This document shows, piece after piece, positions 1 through 9,447 of a DNA stretch of 64,000 nucleotides. The stretch covers positions 9,726 to 73,725 of the forward strand of contig JAYEGX010000055.1 in the NCBI GenBank assembly GCA_034659295.1, written 5' to 3'. Numbering within the stretch: position 1 is the first letter of the stretch; each line of letters opens with the position of its first letter. The DNA comes from Candidatus Altiarchaeota archaeon (GTDB lineage Archaea > Altiarchaeota > Altiarchaeia > IMC4 > QMZM01). The notes below the pieces were generated by a model, which had not been told where the DNA came from, made no database searches, and worked only from the letters and a program-made list of their open reading frames with translations. The position numbers and the translations under genes are program-made.

Positions 1-2015
1 AAGATAACCAAAACAGAAGCAGCGTGCATATAGAAAGCCCATTTCCCTCTCTGCCTTGAGTGTATCTCTTCTATTTTATCCAACAGTTCATCACACCCGT
101 AAATGCCTTCCTTATCATCTAACTCCACGTAGATTTCTTTAGCCAGTTCAAGATAGGTGGTTGCGTTGACGTAATCCTTCGAATCAAGATACTCACCCCC
201 AGTAGTCAGGTAACTTTGCGCCTGCCGGTGCTTAACTGACACATTGATTATATGCTCCGCCCGTCTTGATTCATTCAAATAGCCGATAGAACAAAAATCA
301 TCTCTAGCTGCCCTGGCATACACTGTAGCGTTTTCGTAGAACCCTTCCTTAAGAAAGGATTCCGCCTTCTTAAGGTTTACATCCGCATCAATCAAGGTTT
401 TTGCCTTAAAGATAACCTTAAGCGTGCGCTCAACCCCGGAGGTTTCGTTCAGTTTGGAGTATATGTATTGAGACTCTTGTGCGTAAAGTATCGAGTTCTC
501 GTAGTCCTGGGATTCCAGATGCTGCAGTGAGGATTTGTAGAGTGTATCTGCGTAGCGACTCCATGATTTCCTGATATCCTGCACCAGATCATCCGCCCTC
601 AGAATCCCACTCCTGTCGTCCGCATCAAAGAATAGGTCTAATGATATCTCTGCATACGATAATGCGGTATTATATCTCCCGTCTCCCATATGATCGAGTG
701 CATCATTATAGAATTTCTCCGCCTTCAGGCTCTTGTTTTCGGGGGGGGTATAGCTCTCGCACTCGTTTATTATGAGATGGCATCTTAGGGTTCCCTCATC
801 GAATCCAATATCCATGAATAAATCACGGCACCTTCTGGCATACTCCAGGGCTTTCGCGCAGTTCCCTTCAGTGAGGTAGTAGGCTCTGGCATTCTCGAAA
901 AAGTATTGCCCGTCCCTGTAGACAGTGAATTCAGGGTTTATTTCATAGAGATAAAGGCTGCTGCTGGTTGCTACAGCAAGATATTTCGAAACACCCCCGA
1001 AAGAGTAGACATAAACTGCATTAATGTGATCCCCCAATACAGTCTCAACCCTGAGATTTCCTACCTCATCCAATGAATAGATTACCTTGTTTGTTACTAT
1101 GAGGGTGCGGGCGAACTTATCGCTACCGAACCTCAGGATGGATGAATCCACTAAACCATCCAGCTCCTCCTCATGGAGGGTTTTCATGTTCCGGTCAAAC
1201 AACAGGAAGGTGTCGTCTTCTCTTAAGGCAACAATCTCGTCCAATCCGTCATTGTTCACGTCACCTGAATCCACCTTAAAAATCCGCTGGTTTGTTTTCA
1301 GTAAAGATTTGACTACACCGCCCTTTATGGTATAGACCCCCTTGAAGGTTCCAAAGACCGCCCCCTCCAGCGTGTTCTCTTGCTTGAGGGCCATATCCCA
1401 CACCGCCCCGTCAAACACGTACTCATCAACTAGGCTGCCATATCTATCCAGCACGTAGACGCTCGAGTCAAGGGATGCCACAACCGCCTTCCTGTTAATA
1501 AAGAGTATGTCTGATGGTATGTCACCCATTAGATAATCCCACCGGTATTTTGTATCATATTTAGTTACTACCGAGCCTTCCATCTCGAAGTAATACACCC
1601 GCTCCTCAACAAAGCTGGTGCCCTTCATGCTTGAGCCGGCTATTATATCCAGGTTGCTGTCGCCGTCGAAGTCTCCTGGCATGAAATACATAATCTTTTC
1701 CTTAGCGTGTCTCTGGGGGGCGCCGCAGCCTATCATCTTCCTCTGGGCTATCTTGTCCACCCATGTCTTATACTCCAGGTTACCGTCCAGGTTTATTGCA
1801 TAGATATAGCTTCTGACAACATCAAAACTTGAAGCATATACCTCCACAACCCCGTCGTGATTGAAGTCGTAGATGTAGACATCATCCGATTGAATTGGTG
1901 CAGCCCACTTCAGCTTCAGGAGAGGATACTGTTCCACATAATCCTGGGAGGTGCATTGACAAGAAAGAAACAGTATAGTAAATAAAAAAACTAAGCACCT
2001 CCTAAAGTACATCAT
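1..2015 (-). CDS. Secreted/lipoprotein with N-terminal FG-GAP/VCBS-type repeats and C-terminal helical (TPR-like) repeats. Partial: the N-terminus is at 2015 and the C-terminus runs past the window start.
   Basis: Continuous minus-strand reading frame from ATGATG at 2015 to position 1 (read by eye; it is absent from the ORF track because it is truncated). The signal peptide MMYFRRCLVFLFTILFLSCQC has a lipobox-like Cys. DxDGDxxxD motifs (MPGDFDGDSNLDIIAGS, VDSGDVNNDGLDEIVAL) are typical of FG-GAP beta-propellers. A long helical repeat region follows. Confidence 0.55.
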   Translation of the reverse strand, partial: MMYFRRCLVFLFTILFLSCQCTSQDYVEQYPLLKLKWAAPIQSDDVYIYDFNHDGVVEVYASSFDVVRSYIYAINLDGNLEYKTWVDKIAQRKMIGCGAPQRHAKEKIMYFMPGDFDGDSNLDIIAGSSMKGTSFVEERVYYFEMEGSVVTKYDTKYRWDYLMGDIPSDILFINRKAVVASLDSSVYVLDRYGSLVDEYVFDGAVWDMALKQENTLEGAVFGTFKGVYTIKGGVVKSLLKTNQRIFKVDSGDVNNDGLDEIVALREDDTFLLFDRNMKTLHEEELDGLVDSSILRFGSDKFARTLIVTNKVIYSLDEVGNLRVETVLGDHINAVYVYSFGGVSKYLAVATSSSLYLYEINPEFTVYRDGQYFFENARAYYLTEGNCAKALEYARRCRDLFMDIGFDEGTLRCHLIINECESYTPPENKSLKAEKFYNDALDHMGDGRYNTALSYAEISLDLFFDADDRSGILRADDLVQDIRKSWSRYADTLYKSSLQHLESQDYENSILYAQESQYIYSKLNETSGVERTLKVIFKAKTLIDADVNLKKAESFLKEGFYENATVYARAARDDFCSIGYLNESRRAEHIINVSVKHRQAQSYLTTGGEYLDSKDYVNATTYLELAKEIYVELDDKEGIYGCDELLDKIEEIHSRQRGKWAFYMHAASVLVI

Positions 2016-2024
2016 TTTTGTTTT

Positions 2025-2411
2025 TTAGAGCTGAATGATTTTCCGCTGGCCTAGAGCGCCCATAACCAACACATCATTACCCTGTGAGAGCTCTCCCTTA
2101 TAATCTTGCGGCACAGGCAGCTCAAAGGTTTCATAGGATGTCATATCCATCAACTGAACAGTCCCTCCCAGCACATTAAGCACCTGACATGTGTCTTTGC
2201 TGATTATGGGTATCTCCACCTTCTGACTTACCGGGCCCATTATGTTCCTCTTCTGGTCATCAAATAAGCCCACAGCCTCCAACCGAGCCTTCATCCCACC
2301 GTGTTTACCGGGCTTGGACTTGGTTATCTTTGACACCCTGCAAGCCTCTCCGTCAATTATCACGTATTTACCTTCCTTCAAGTCCTTTATGATACCAATC
2401 TGCTTACTCAT
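2025..2411 (-). CDS. eif5a: Translation initiation factor 5A (aIF-5A)
   Basis: 128 aa. Hypusination loop motif SKPGKHGGMKAR, plus typical length and N-terminal SH3-like/OB fold pattern. Confidence 0.9.
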   Translation of the reverse strand: MSKQIGIIKDLKEGKYVIIDGEACRVSKITKSKPGKHGGMKARLEAVGLFDDQKRNIMGPVSQKVEIPIISKDTCQVLNVLGGTVQLMDMTSYETFELPVPQDYKGELSQGNDVLVMGALGQRKIIQL

Positions 2412-2475
2412 TTTCTTACATCAACAAAATAAAAGAATATATTAATAATATGAATAGAGAATAAAATAGATTAAT
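2412..2475. promoter_or_regulatory. AT-rich divergent intergenic region with TATA-like boxes for eif5a (minus) and the GH5 gene (plus)
   Basis: Sequence ...aaaagaatatattaataatatgaatagagaataaaatagattaat ATG. AATATATTAATAAT lies about 25-40 nt upstream of the plus-strand start. Confidence 0.35.
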
Positions 2476-5400
2476 ATGGAGGGAAAAATATTCTACACTC
2501 TATTAACAGTCACGTTAATACTAGTAAACGGGTGCATGGAGCCAGGTGAAACAACCACTACAAACCCGGGCACATCCACAACAACTACTTTTTATATAAC
2601 GGATAATGAAACAGAGGCAAAACATTACGCTGTGAGGCTCTGGTTTGGCGGCTATGCTCCCTCAGATGATTACCTGGATTCTATCGCAGAACGATATGAT
2701 TACGGTATGATATCCCCTAATCCTGAATTAATAAATGCCTTATTAAGCCGCAACCCTGATATGAAATTACTTCTCTACACTGACCCGGTCTTTACCCAAC
2801 CCTCCATCAACTATCCTGAAGATTATTATGCTCATAGCAGCCAATCCACCAATTACAACAACAGGGTGATAAATGAGAGATACGGAACCTACCTGATGGA
2901 TATCTCCTCAAGAGGGTGGAGGAATGAAGTAGCTGAAAGCGCTAAGGAAGATGTTAATAATTATGGGTATTACGGTGTGATGGCTGATGACTGCGGACCG
3001 GATATAACAGGTAGGGTTGATTTCCTCCCTGATAATTACGATGCTTTGGTTTGGAGAACAGAGGTGAGGGATATGTTGTCTGTTATAAACGACCGGCTTG
3101 ATTGCCTCCTGGTATTCAACGGCATATACAATGATCCAGATTACTCAGGCAGAGACCTGCTTGAAGTGACAGATGGGGGGGCGAGAGAGGGTTTTGTTTT
3201 TCATTTAGGGTCTGGGGAATTCTTGCCTGAAAAACACTGGAGGATTCTTCTGAACTGGATTATTGAAGACACAGAAAAAGAGTGCCATATTGCTTGCGCG
3301 AAACTCAGGAAAAAGACCGGGGAAGAATTCTCGGTTGATGAAAGGATGTTTGCCTTCACATCATACCTTCTTGTCAGAAATGAGCATGTGGTATACATGG
3401 TGGAGGACTGGGGGTTGGTCACGGGGATTGATGAAACATTAGTTCAATATTACCCGGAAATGGATATTGATCTGGGAGCCCCACTAGAAACATGTACGCA
3501 AGTAGAGGCTTGTTTAAATAAAGAATCGGGTTTATATGAAAGAAAATTCGAGAAAGGGAGGGTTTTTGTTAATCCGTCGAACAAGCCTGTTGAATACATT
3601 CTCGGTAAAAAATATTTCGTGGTTGTTCCAAAAGGCGGGGGTGTGCTAGAGGACGATGGAACATATGGCGGAACCTTAGGTAGTCAGGAAGTAAGCAAGA
3701 TAACTGTTCCATCGCAAAGCGGGGTAGTTGTTCTCAAGACCTCTACTATTAAACCTGTCTGCGTTAATAGCCTTGATTGTCCCTCCCAAATGAAATGTGA
3801 AAACTCTGTTTGTATCGATGTGGGTTGTATAGAAGAAGGCGGAACAGGTCCGTCTGCTGGAATCAATCCGGAGTGGTTAGACCACCTGCCAACAGAATGT
3901 TGCGAGAGCTTAAAATCGATAACTAACCCTGGATTATACAATAAAAATTGTGATTTTAGGCCAATACCGGGAGCCCCATCAAAAGTCTGCGCCAATTGCG
4001 GCAATGAACAATGCGGGAAAGGAGAAACAGGATGTAATTGCCCAGGGGATTGTAATTTCAAGATAAAGCCGGCTCTGGTTATCTGGTCTGGAACGTCGCT
4101 TTCCGAAGCTCAGTTACAATTCGCAGCAAACAACTACTGTTCTATTCAGATAGGAAAAGACTTCATAGATGAACCTATTTATGCGGATTTGCGCAGATAT
4201 AACTCAGATGTTTTGTTATTAGGTTATATCAATTCCAGGCATGTGAAACCCGGGAACTATCGGCATCTGGAATGTGAAGAGGATGAAGCGCTCTTTGCAC
4301 ATGATGATGGCGGCAGAAGAATACGGAATCTTGATTTTGATAATTACCTTATGGACATCCATAATCCAGACTGGACAGCTAAAATTATGGAATGGGTAAA
4401 TGAACACCCCCCTGATGCTAACGGAATAATGTTGGATTCCGCCCATCCTACTTTATATGAATCAGGTTATTCAAGCCTGCCGGCGGGATATGACCCATGC
4501 CAATATGCCTTAAGCATGGAAAAACTCTTTGCTAACGTGTCTGCTAACACCAATCTCTTGATTACATTCAACGGATTAAGTAAAGGCATTATGTGCGGCG
4601 AAGATGTGTGTCAGGAGTGTGGTAATTATGTCGGGGATGTTGATGGAGGAGGCGTTGAAGGCTTTGTCTTTAGAAAAGTTCCGCAAGATGTTGATGTAGG
4701 TTGTTTATATAACAACGTCAATGCCATAATAAAGACGGGTAAATTAGGTAAAATGTCAAATGCGTACACGAGATATGATATGAACGACATACCCAAAAGA
4801 ACATTTGCTTTCGCAGCTTATATGTTGGGCATGAATGAATACTCTTCTTATGCTTTTACTGATATGAAGCATGAATTTTCAGATCCTCTGCAGTATTATC
4901 CTGAATATGGTATCGACTTGGGCGCTCCTCTTGACTTCCCAAGTGATGTTAAGGAGCTGTTACAAGGCAATCTAGCTGTTCGGAATTTCGAGAAGGGAAA
5001 GGTTATTGTTAATCCATTTAATACTGCAGGAGAAATCCAGGCTCCGCAGGGGTATAAAAAAATTATCCCTCATGGCGGAGGCTTGGTAGACATCAACGGC
5101 AAGTATGACGGCTACCTTGAATACCAAGAAGTCCCAGCCGGAACCTTAACTGTTTCCGCTAAAACAGCTGTAATACTTGTCAAAGAATCAAGAGAACCAA
5201 CAGTCTGCGGCAACGGAATCTGTGAGGAAGGGGAAACAAACGCCAACTGCCCAGGGGATTGTAAAACAGGCAACATTTCATGGTTATCTGTTTCAGGAGA
5301 GAAAATAGTTGATGAAAAAGGAGATGAGATGAAGCTACGGGGAGTCCATTATGACGCCTTTTATGTAATACCTAAACAAATCTATTTTGCATCTAAACAA

Positions 5401-6435
5401 AACAAAGAGAAGATTGATGGATACAACACTGAACTTTCAAAGTATTTTTTTAACGAGTATGATATCAAAGAAATTGGAGACATCAATGCAAACGTAATAA
5501 GGCTTGAACTTAGGTTGTGGGAAATAGAGAAGGAACCGTATGTATACAGCCAGGAATCTTTAAGGCATTTGGATGACACTATAGCGAAATTCAGGGAAAA
5601 TGGAATATATGTGATTCTTGATTTACACGCAGCAGGCCAGAACAGATTAACTCACAATAATGAATATGGGGATATTTTATGGGAGGATGATGAGCTTCAA
5701 AACAGGGTTGCGGCTTTGTGGGGTGTTCTCGCAGAGCGTTATAAAAATAATCCCTATGTTGCCGGCTATGACCTAATAAACGAACCCCAGGCTCCGACCA
5801 AAGAAACGCTCCACAATTTTTACCAAAAGGTTATTGATGAAATCAGAGAAAAAGACAAGAAACATATTTTGTTTATTGAATGGAATTTGTATAAAACAGA
5901 AGACATTCTCTTCGGAGGCGAATATGATGACCCCAATATTGTTTTAAGTGTTCATTTCTACAGACCCTCTGAATTCACAAATCAGGGCCTGCACGATTTG
6001 CCTGTTGGGCAAAAATATCCCGGCACTTATCACGGAGTATACTGGGATAAGGATAGAATTGATAATTATTTTACTGAAATTCTTGATAACGAGATTGTGA
6101 AAGGAAAACCATTATTTGTCGGTGAATTCTCGACAAATATAGTGGACGGCGGCGAAGATGCCCTTCAGTGGACTGAAGATACATTCGATGTCTTAAACAG
6201 CAAAGACATTCATTATACATTTTTCCTTTACAAGTTTGCCTTTACGCCCTCTTTTGCATACTATCAGCCGGGTGAGCAATTGGGCAACCAAATTAAGGTA
6301 TTAATCAACCAGCTGGTAAGCGGGCAGTTATGTTTTGAAGACTTGAGTGATGAGCAGAAAGAACTTTTCCTTACAGAGAAATATCAATCCCCTCAAGGCC
6401 TCCGGCAGATATTAGAGGAGGGATTTAAAAAATAA
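2476..6435 (+). CDS. Secreted multidomain glycoside hydrolase: signal peptide, two paralogous ~480-aa GH-like (TIM-barrel-type) domains, two small Cys-rich CxxxC...NCPGDC modules, and a C-terminal GH5 (cellulase family A) domain
   Basis: 1319 aa. The N-terminal hydrophobic segment is followed by a Thr-rich linker. The internal repeat is visible as DGGAREGFVFHLG / DGGGVEGFVFRKV and YYPEMDIDLGAPLE / YYPEYGIDLGAPLD, and in the endings FVVVPKGGGVLEDDGTYGG / KKIIPHGGGLVDINGKYDG. The GH5 hallmarks are LINEPQ (acid/base Glu) and FVGEFS (nucleophile Glu). Confidence 0.7.
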   Translation: MEGKIFYTLLTVTLILVNGCMEPGETTTTNPGTSTTTTFYITDNETEAKHYAVRLWFGGYAPSDDYLDSIAERYDYGMISPNPELINALLSRNPDMKLLLYTDPVFTQPSINYPEDYYAHSSQSTNYNNRVINERYGTYLMDISSRGWRNEVAESAKEDVNNYGYYGVMADDCGPDITGRVDFLPDNYDALVWRTEVRDMLSVINDRLDCLLVFNGIYNDPDYSGRDLLEVTDGGAREGFVFHLGSGEFLPEKHWRILLNWIIEDTEKECHIACAKLRKKTGEEFSVDERMFAFTSYLLVRNEHVVYMVEDWGLVTGIDETLVQYYPEMDIDLGAPLETCTQVEACLNKESGLYERKFEKGRVFVNPSNKPVEYILGKKYFVVVPKGGGVLEDDGTYGGTLGSQEVSKITVPSQSGVVVLKTSTIKPVCVNSLDCPSQMKCENSVCIDVGCIEEGGTGPSAGINPEWLDHLPTECCESLKSITNPGLYNKNCDFRPIPGAPSKVCANCGNEQCGKGETGCNCPGDCNFKIKPALVIWSGTSLSEAQLQFAANNYCSIQIGKDFIDEPIYADLRRYNSDVLLLGYINSRHVKPGNYRHLECEEDEALFAHDDGGRRIRNLDFDNYLMDIHNPDWTAKIMEWVNEHPPDANGIMLDSAHPTLYESGYSSLPAGYDPCQYALSMEKLFANVSANTNLLITFNGLSKGIMCGEDVCQECGNYVGDVDGGGVEGFVFRKVPQDVDVGCLYNNVNAIIKTGKLGKMSNAYTRYDMNDIPKRTFAFAAYMLGMNEYSSYAFTDMKHEFSDPLQYYPEYGIDLGAPLDFPSDVKELLQGNLAVRNFEKGKVIVNPFNTAGEIQAPQGYKKIIPHGGGLVDINGKYDGYLEYQEVPAGTLTVSAKTAVILVKESREPTVCGNGICEEGETNANCPGDCKTGNISWLSVSGEKIVDEKGDEMKLRGVHYDAFYVIPKQIYFASKQNKEKIDGYNTELSKYFFNEYDIKEIGDINANVIRLELRLWEIEKEPYVYSQESLRHLDDTIAKFRENGIYVILDLHAAGQNRLTHNNEYGDILWEDDELQNRVAALWGVLAERYKNNPYVAGYDLINEPQAPTKETLHNFYQKVIDEIREKDKKHILFIEWNLYKTEDILFGGEYDDPNIVLSVHFYRPSEFTNQGLHDLPVGQKYPGTYHGVYWDKDRIDNYFTEILDNEIVKGKPLFVGEFSTNIVDGGEDALQWTEDTFDVLNSKDIHYTFFLYKFAFTPSFAYYQPGEQLGNQIKVLINQLVSGQLCFEDLSDEQKELFLTEKYQSPQGLRQILEEGFKK

Positions 6436-6460
6436 ATAGAAAACGTTTATTTAGATTAAC

Positions 6461-8608
6461 ATGGCTCAATTAAACAAAAAAGTATTTGGTTTATTGTTGA
6501 TTATTGCTGTGGTCATGTTTTGTTCAGGTTGTGTGAAAAATAGATCGCAGACGCCAACAGAAACCACTCAGCCCCCGTCAACAAAACATACTCTTGGCCC
6601 AGGTGATTACAGGTTCACAATCGAACATCAGGGAATGGAAAGATTTTATTTAATGCATGTTCCAAAGGGTTATGATAGTTCCATCCGAAATCCATTAATT
6701 CTTGCTTTCCACGGAGGGCTTGGAAATGGGAAGATTATGAGTGAACACTATAATTTCATAAAAGAATCAGATAATGAAGGATTCATTGTTGTTTTTCCAA
6801 GCGGGGCTAGCAGGTTTAAGGATAAACTTGCAACATGGAATGCAGGCGTATGCTGCGGGTATGCAGTTAAAAGCGGTAGTGATGATGTTGGTTTTGTGAA
6901 AAAAATCCTGAAAGATGTTGAAAATAAATTCAGTATTGATGAAAACAGGATTTACGCAACAGGGATGTCAAATGGCGGGATGTTCTCATACAGGCTCGCT
7001 TGTGAAATGAGTGATGACTTTGCCGCAATCGCATCTGTTGCCGGAACCAAAAACACCATCTCATGCAATCCCTCAAGACCCGTACCTGTTCTGCATATCC
7101 ATGCCGTAGATGACGACCATGTTTTATTTGAAGGCGGGTGCGGTCCAGGCGGTACTACCGGTGTTGATTATAGTTCAGTGCCTGAAACAATAGAGTGGTG
7201 GGCTGAAAAGAATAAATGCGCAAGGGATAAAGTAAGGGTTTTTGAAAACAACGGAGCGTACTGTGATTCCTACAGTGATTGCGCAAAGGATAGTGAAGTT
7301 AGATTATGTGTTACAAGCGAGGGAGGGCATTCATGGCCAGGAGGACAGAAACCAAGACCAGAAGCAGACACCCCATCAACTGCTGTTAATGCAACAGAAA
7401 TGATCTGGGAGTTTTTCAAAAAGCATCCGATGAAGAGACTCCAACGGAACGTAGACGATTTCAGAACACTCAAAAAAGGAATGAGCTATGATGAGATGGT
7501 AGCCCTTGTTGGAGAGTCCGATAGAGACATAGGGTCAGGCATCCATATCTATCTCTATGAACTATCTGATAAATCTGAAATTATTGTGGGGGGATTTGTG
7601 GGCAGCGGGTTAATGTACGTCAAACAAAAAATTTCTAATGGCACGTATGCGGATATCATAGGATTTGGTCCCGGAGATTACGACTTTTCTTTAGATCATG
7701 ATGGATTAACGAGAAAATATATTGTTCATGTCCCTCACTCCTATGATAATAAAACCCCAACCCCCGCTGTAATAGCCTTTCATGGCGGGGGCGGAAACGC
7801 TGAACGCAGTGTCGAGTATTTTCGATTAAATGATAAATCCGATGAAGAAGGATTTATTGTTGTGTACCCTGAAGGAACTGGGAAAATTGTCAAGGGGGAA
7901 GTGTTTGGTTCATGGAACGCCGGCAGATGCTGTCCTCCCGCAGCGGACAATAATGTTGATGACGTAGGGTTTATTAGAAAGATGATTGAGAAACTAGATG
8001 AAGATTTCAGTATTGATGAAGGCAGGGTTTACGCTACCGGAATGTCCAACGGGGCGCTTATGTCTTATAAACTGGCCTGTGAGCTATCAGATAAGATTGC
8101 TGCAATCGCTCCAAGCGGCGGCCATGACTCGTTTGATGAATGTAACCCATCAAGACCGGTTCCGGTAATGCATTTTCATGGAACCGAAGATCCATGTGCT
8201 TTTTACGAGGGCGGTGAGTGCGGAGGATGCATGTCAGAATTCCTCAGCAAGATGGGGTTACCGGTAAAAACAGGTAAACTATGGGACTGTACTTCAGTGC
8301 CAAACTATATTAACCAATGGAAGCAAATCAACGGATGCTCAGATAAGACAGAGATCACCTTTCAAAATAGAAACGCTACCTGCGTTACCTACCAGGAATG
8401 CCAAGACAATGCGGAAGTAACTTTATGCACAATAGAGGGTATGGGCCATACCTGGCCTGGTCGTACGACGTATAGCGCTGAAGCATGTAAAACACGTCCT
8501 AATGGTTATATGTGCAGGTTGTGGAAGGAGGCAGTGGGAACTCTAAGTGATGACATAAACGCCAACGATGCCATGTGGGAGTTTTTCAAAAAACACCCTG
8601 AAAAGTAA
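6461..8608 (+). CDS. Secreted lipoprotein with two tandem alpha/beta-hydrolase esterase domains (PHB-depolymerase/LpqC-like), each followed by a Cys-rich module
   Basis: 715 aa. Signal plus lipobox (VMFCSGC). Repeat 1 reads ...ILAFHGGLGNG...GMSNGGMFSYRLAC. Repeat 2 reads ...VIAFHGGGGNAE...GMSNGALMSYKLAC. Both have the GxSxG nucleophile elbow and both end in ...MWEFFKKHP. Confidence 0.7.
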   Translation: MAQLNKKVFGLLLIIAVVMFCSGCVKNRSQTPTETTQPPSTKHTLGPGDYRFTIEHQGMERFYLMHVPKGYDSSIRNPLILAFHGGLGNGKIMSEHYNFIKESDNEGFIVVFPSGASRFKDKLATWNAGVCCGYAVKSGSDDVGFVKKILKDVENKFSIDENRIYATGMSNGGMFSYRLACEMSDDFAAIASVAGTKNTISCNPSRPVPVLHIHAVDDDHVLFEGGCGPGGTTGVDYSSVPETIEWWAEKNKCARDKVRVFENNGAYCDSYSDCAKDSEVRLCVTSEGGHSWPGGQKPRPEADTPSTAVNATEMIWEFFKKHPMKRLQRNVDDFRTLKKGMSYDEMVALVGESDRDIGSGIHIYLYELSDKSEIIVGGFVGSGLMYVKQKISNGTYADIIGFGPGDYDFSLDHDGLTRKYIVHVPHSYDNKTPTPAVIAFHGGGGNAERSVEYFRLNDKSDEEGFIVVYPEGTGKIVKGEVFGSWNAGRCCPPAADNNVDDVGFIRKMIEKLDEDFSIDEGRVYATGMSNGALMSYKLACELSDKIAAIAPSGGHDSFDECNPSRPVPVMHFHGTEDPCAFYEGGECGGCMSEFLSKMGLPVKTGKLWDCTSVPNYINQWKQINGCSDKTEITFQNRNATCVTYQECQDNAEVTLCTIEGMGHTWPGRTTYSAEACKTRPNGYMCRLWKEAVGTLSDDINANDAMWEFFKKHPEK

Positions 8609-8636
8609 AAACTGTTGAGGAAGGTATTGTATTAGT

Positions 8637-8764
8637 GAATCCAAGCGCTACAGAATCCCATACCGTTAGTCTGGAAAAAGAATATTATAGGGCTGTTCCC
8701 GCAGGCGGGGGCTTGATTCAAGGAGATGGGACATGTGACAGTTCCCTCACCTGTAACACATGAA
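8637..8764 (+). pseudogene. Decayed fragment resembling the C-terminal end of the GH-like repeat domains of the 2476..6435 protein
   Basis: Translation VNPSATESHTVSLEKEYYRAVPAGGGLIQGDGTCDSSLTCNT. Compare VNPSNKPVEYILGKKYFVVVPKGGGVLEDDGTYGG and VNPFNTAGEIQAPQGYKKIIPHGGGLVDINGKYDG within the upstream gene. Confidence 0.35.
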
Positions 8765-8858
8765 TGATGCGATAATCCTTCAACCAGTAAGCGGGGTTGT
8801 TTTATTATCTGGATGAGAGAGTTTCTTCTTTTAATTCAGGGAATCGAATATTATCTTT

Positions 8859-9338
8859 ATGCCCGATACGAGACCGTCATGGGATGTTTATTTCTCAGAG
8901 ATCACAAGGAAGGTTGCGGCACGCTCAACCTGTACGAAAAGGAGGATTGGAGCAGTCATAGTCAACAGAAAACATGAGATTGTTGCAACAGGATATAATG
9001 GTGTGGTCAGGGGAGCCCCCCATTGCCTGGATATTGGCTGTATCAAAGATGAAAAAAATATAGCAAGCGGTACAGGACATGAGATTTGCCCTGCCGTGCA
9101 CGCTGAACAGAATGCCCTGATACAGGCAGGCAGGAACAGCCTAGACTGCACATTATATGTTAACGCCTTCCCATGCAAGATTTGTGCAAGATTAATTGTT
9201 AACGCGGGCATAAACAGAGTAGTTACCAGCGGCGAATACACCGATAAAGAAGGGCTGGATATACTGAAAAATGCCAGAGTCACCATCACCCACATAAGCT
9301 TAGGGGACAGAAACGATGTTGTTGAAGGTTTGGTTTGA
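8859..9338 (+). CDS. dCMP deaminase (cytidine/deoxycytidylate deaminase family)
   Basis: 159 aa. Zinc-binding motifs HAEQNA and PCKICA. The size and spacing are typical of ComEB-type dCMP deaminases. Confidence 0.8.
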   Translation: MPDTRPSWDVYFSEITRKVAARSTCTKRRIGAVIVNRKHEIVATGYNGVVRGAPHCLDIGCIKDEKNIASGTGHEICPAVHAEQNALIQAGRNSLDCTLYVNAFPCKICARLIVNAGINRVVTSGEYTDKEGLDILKNARVTITHISLGDRNDVVEGLV

Positions 9339-9447
9339 TAAAACAAACACTACCAATAGAATACCTAATTATTTGGTAGTTTACCTAATTATTTGTTAAA
9401 ATACCAGGCGGGTGTTATTCTTTAACTCCCACTACCTATCTTAAGAT

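Noticed and set aside
747-754. G8 homopolymer
   Set aside because: It lies within the continuous reading frame of the FG-GAP/TPR gene without disrupting it. It is at most a potential sequencing-error site and not a feature.
1087-1803. Two short plus-strand ORFs (82 and 61 aa)
   Set aside because: They lie inside the long continuous minus-strand FG-GAP/TPR reading frame that the track omitted because it is edge-truncated.
3684-4061. 125-aa minus-strand ORF inside the GH5 multidomain gene
   Set aside because: Antisense to a well-supported coding region. No motif. Typical shadow ORF.
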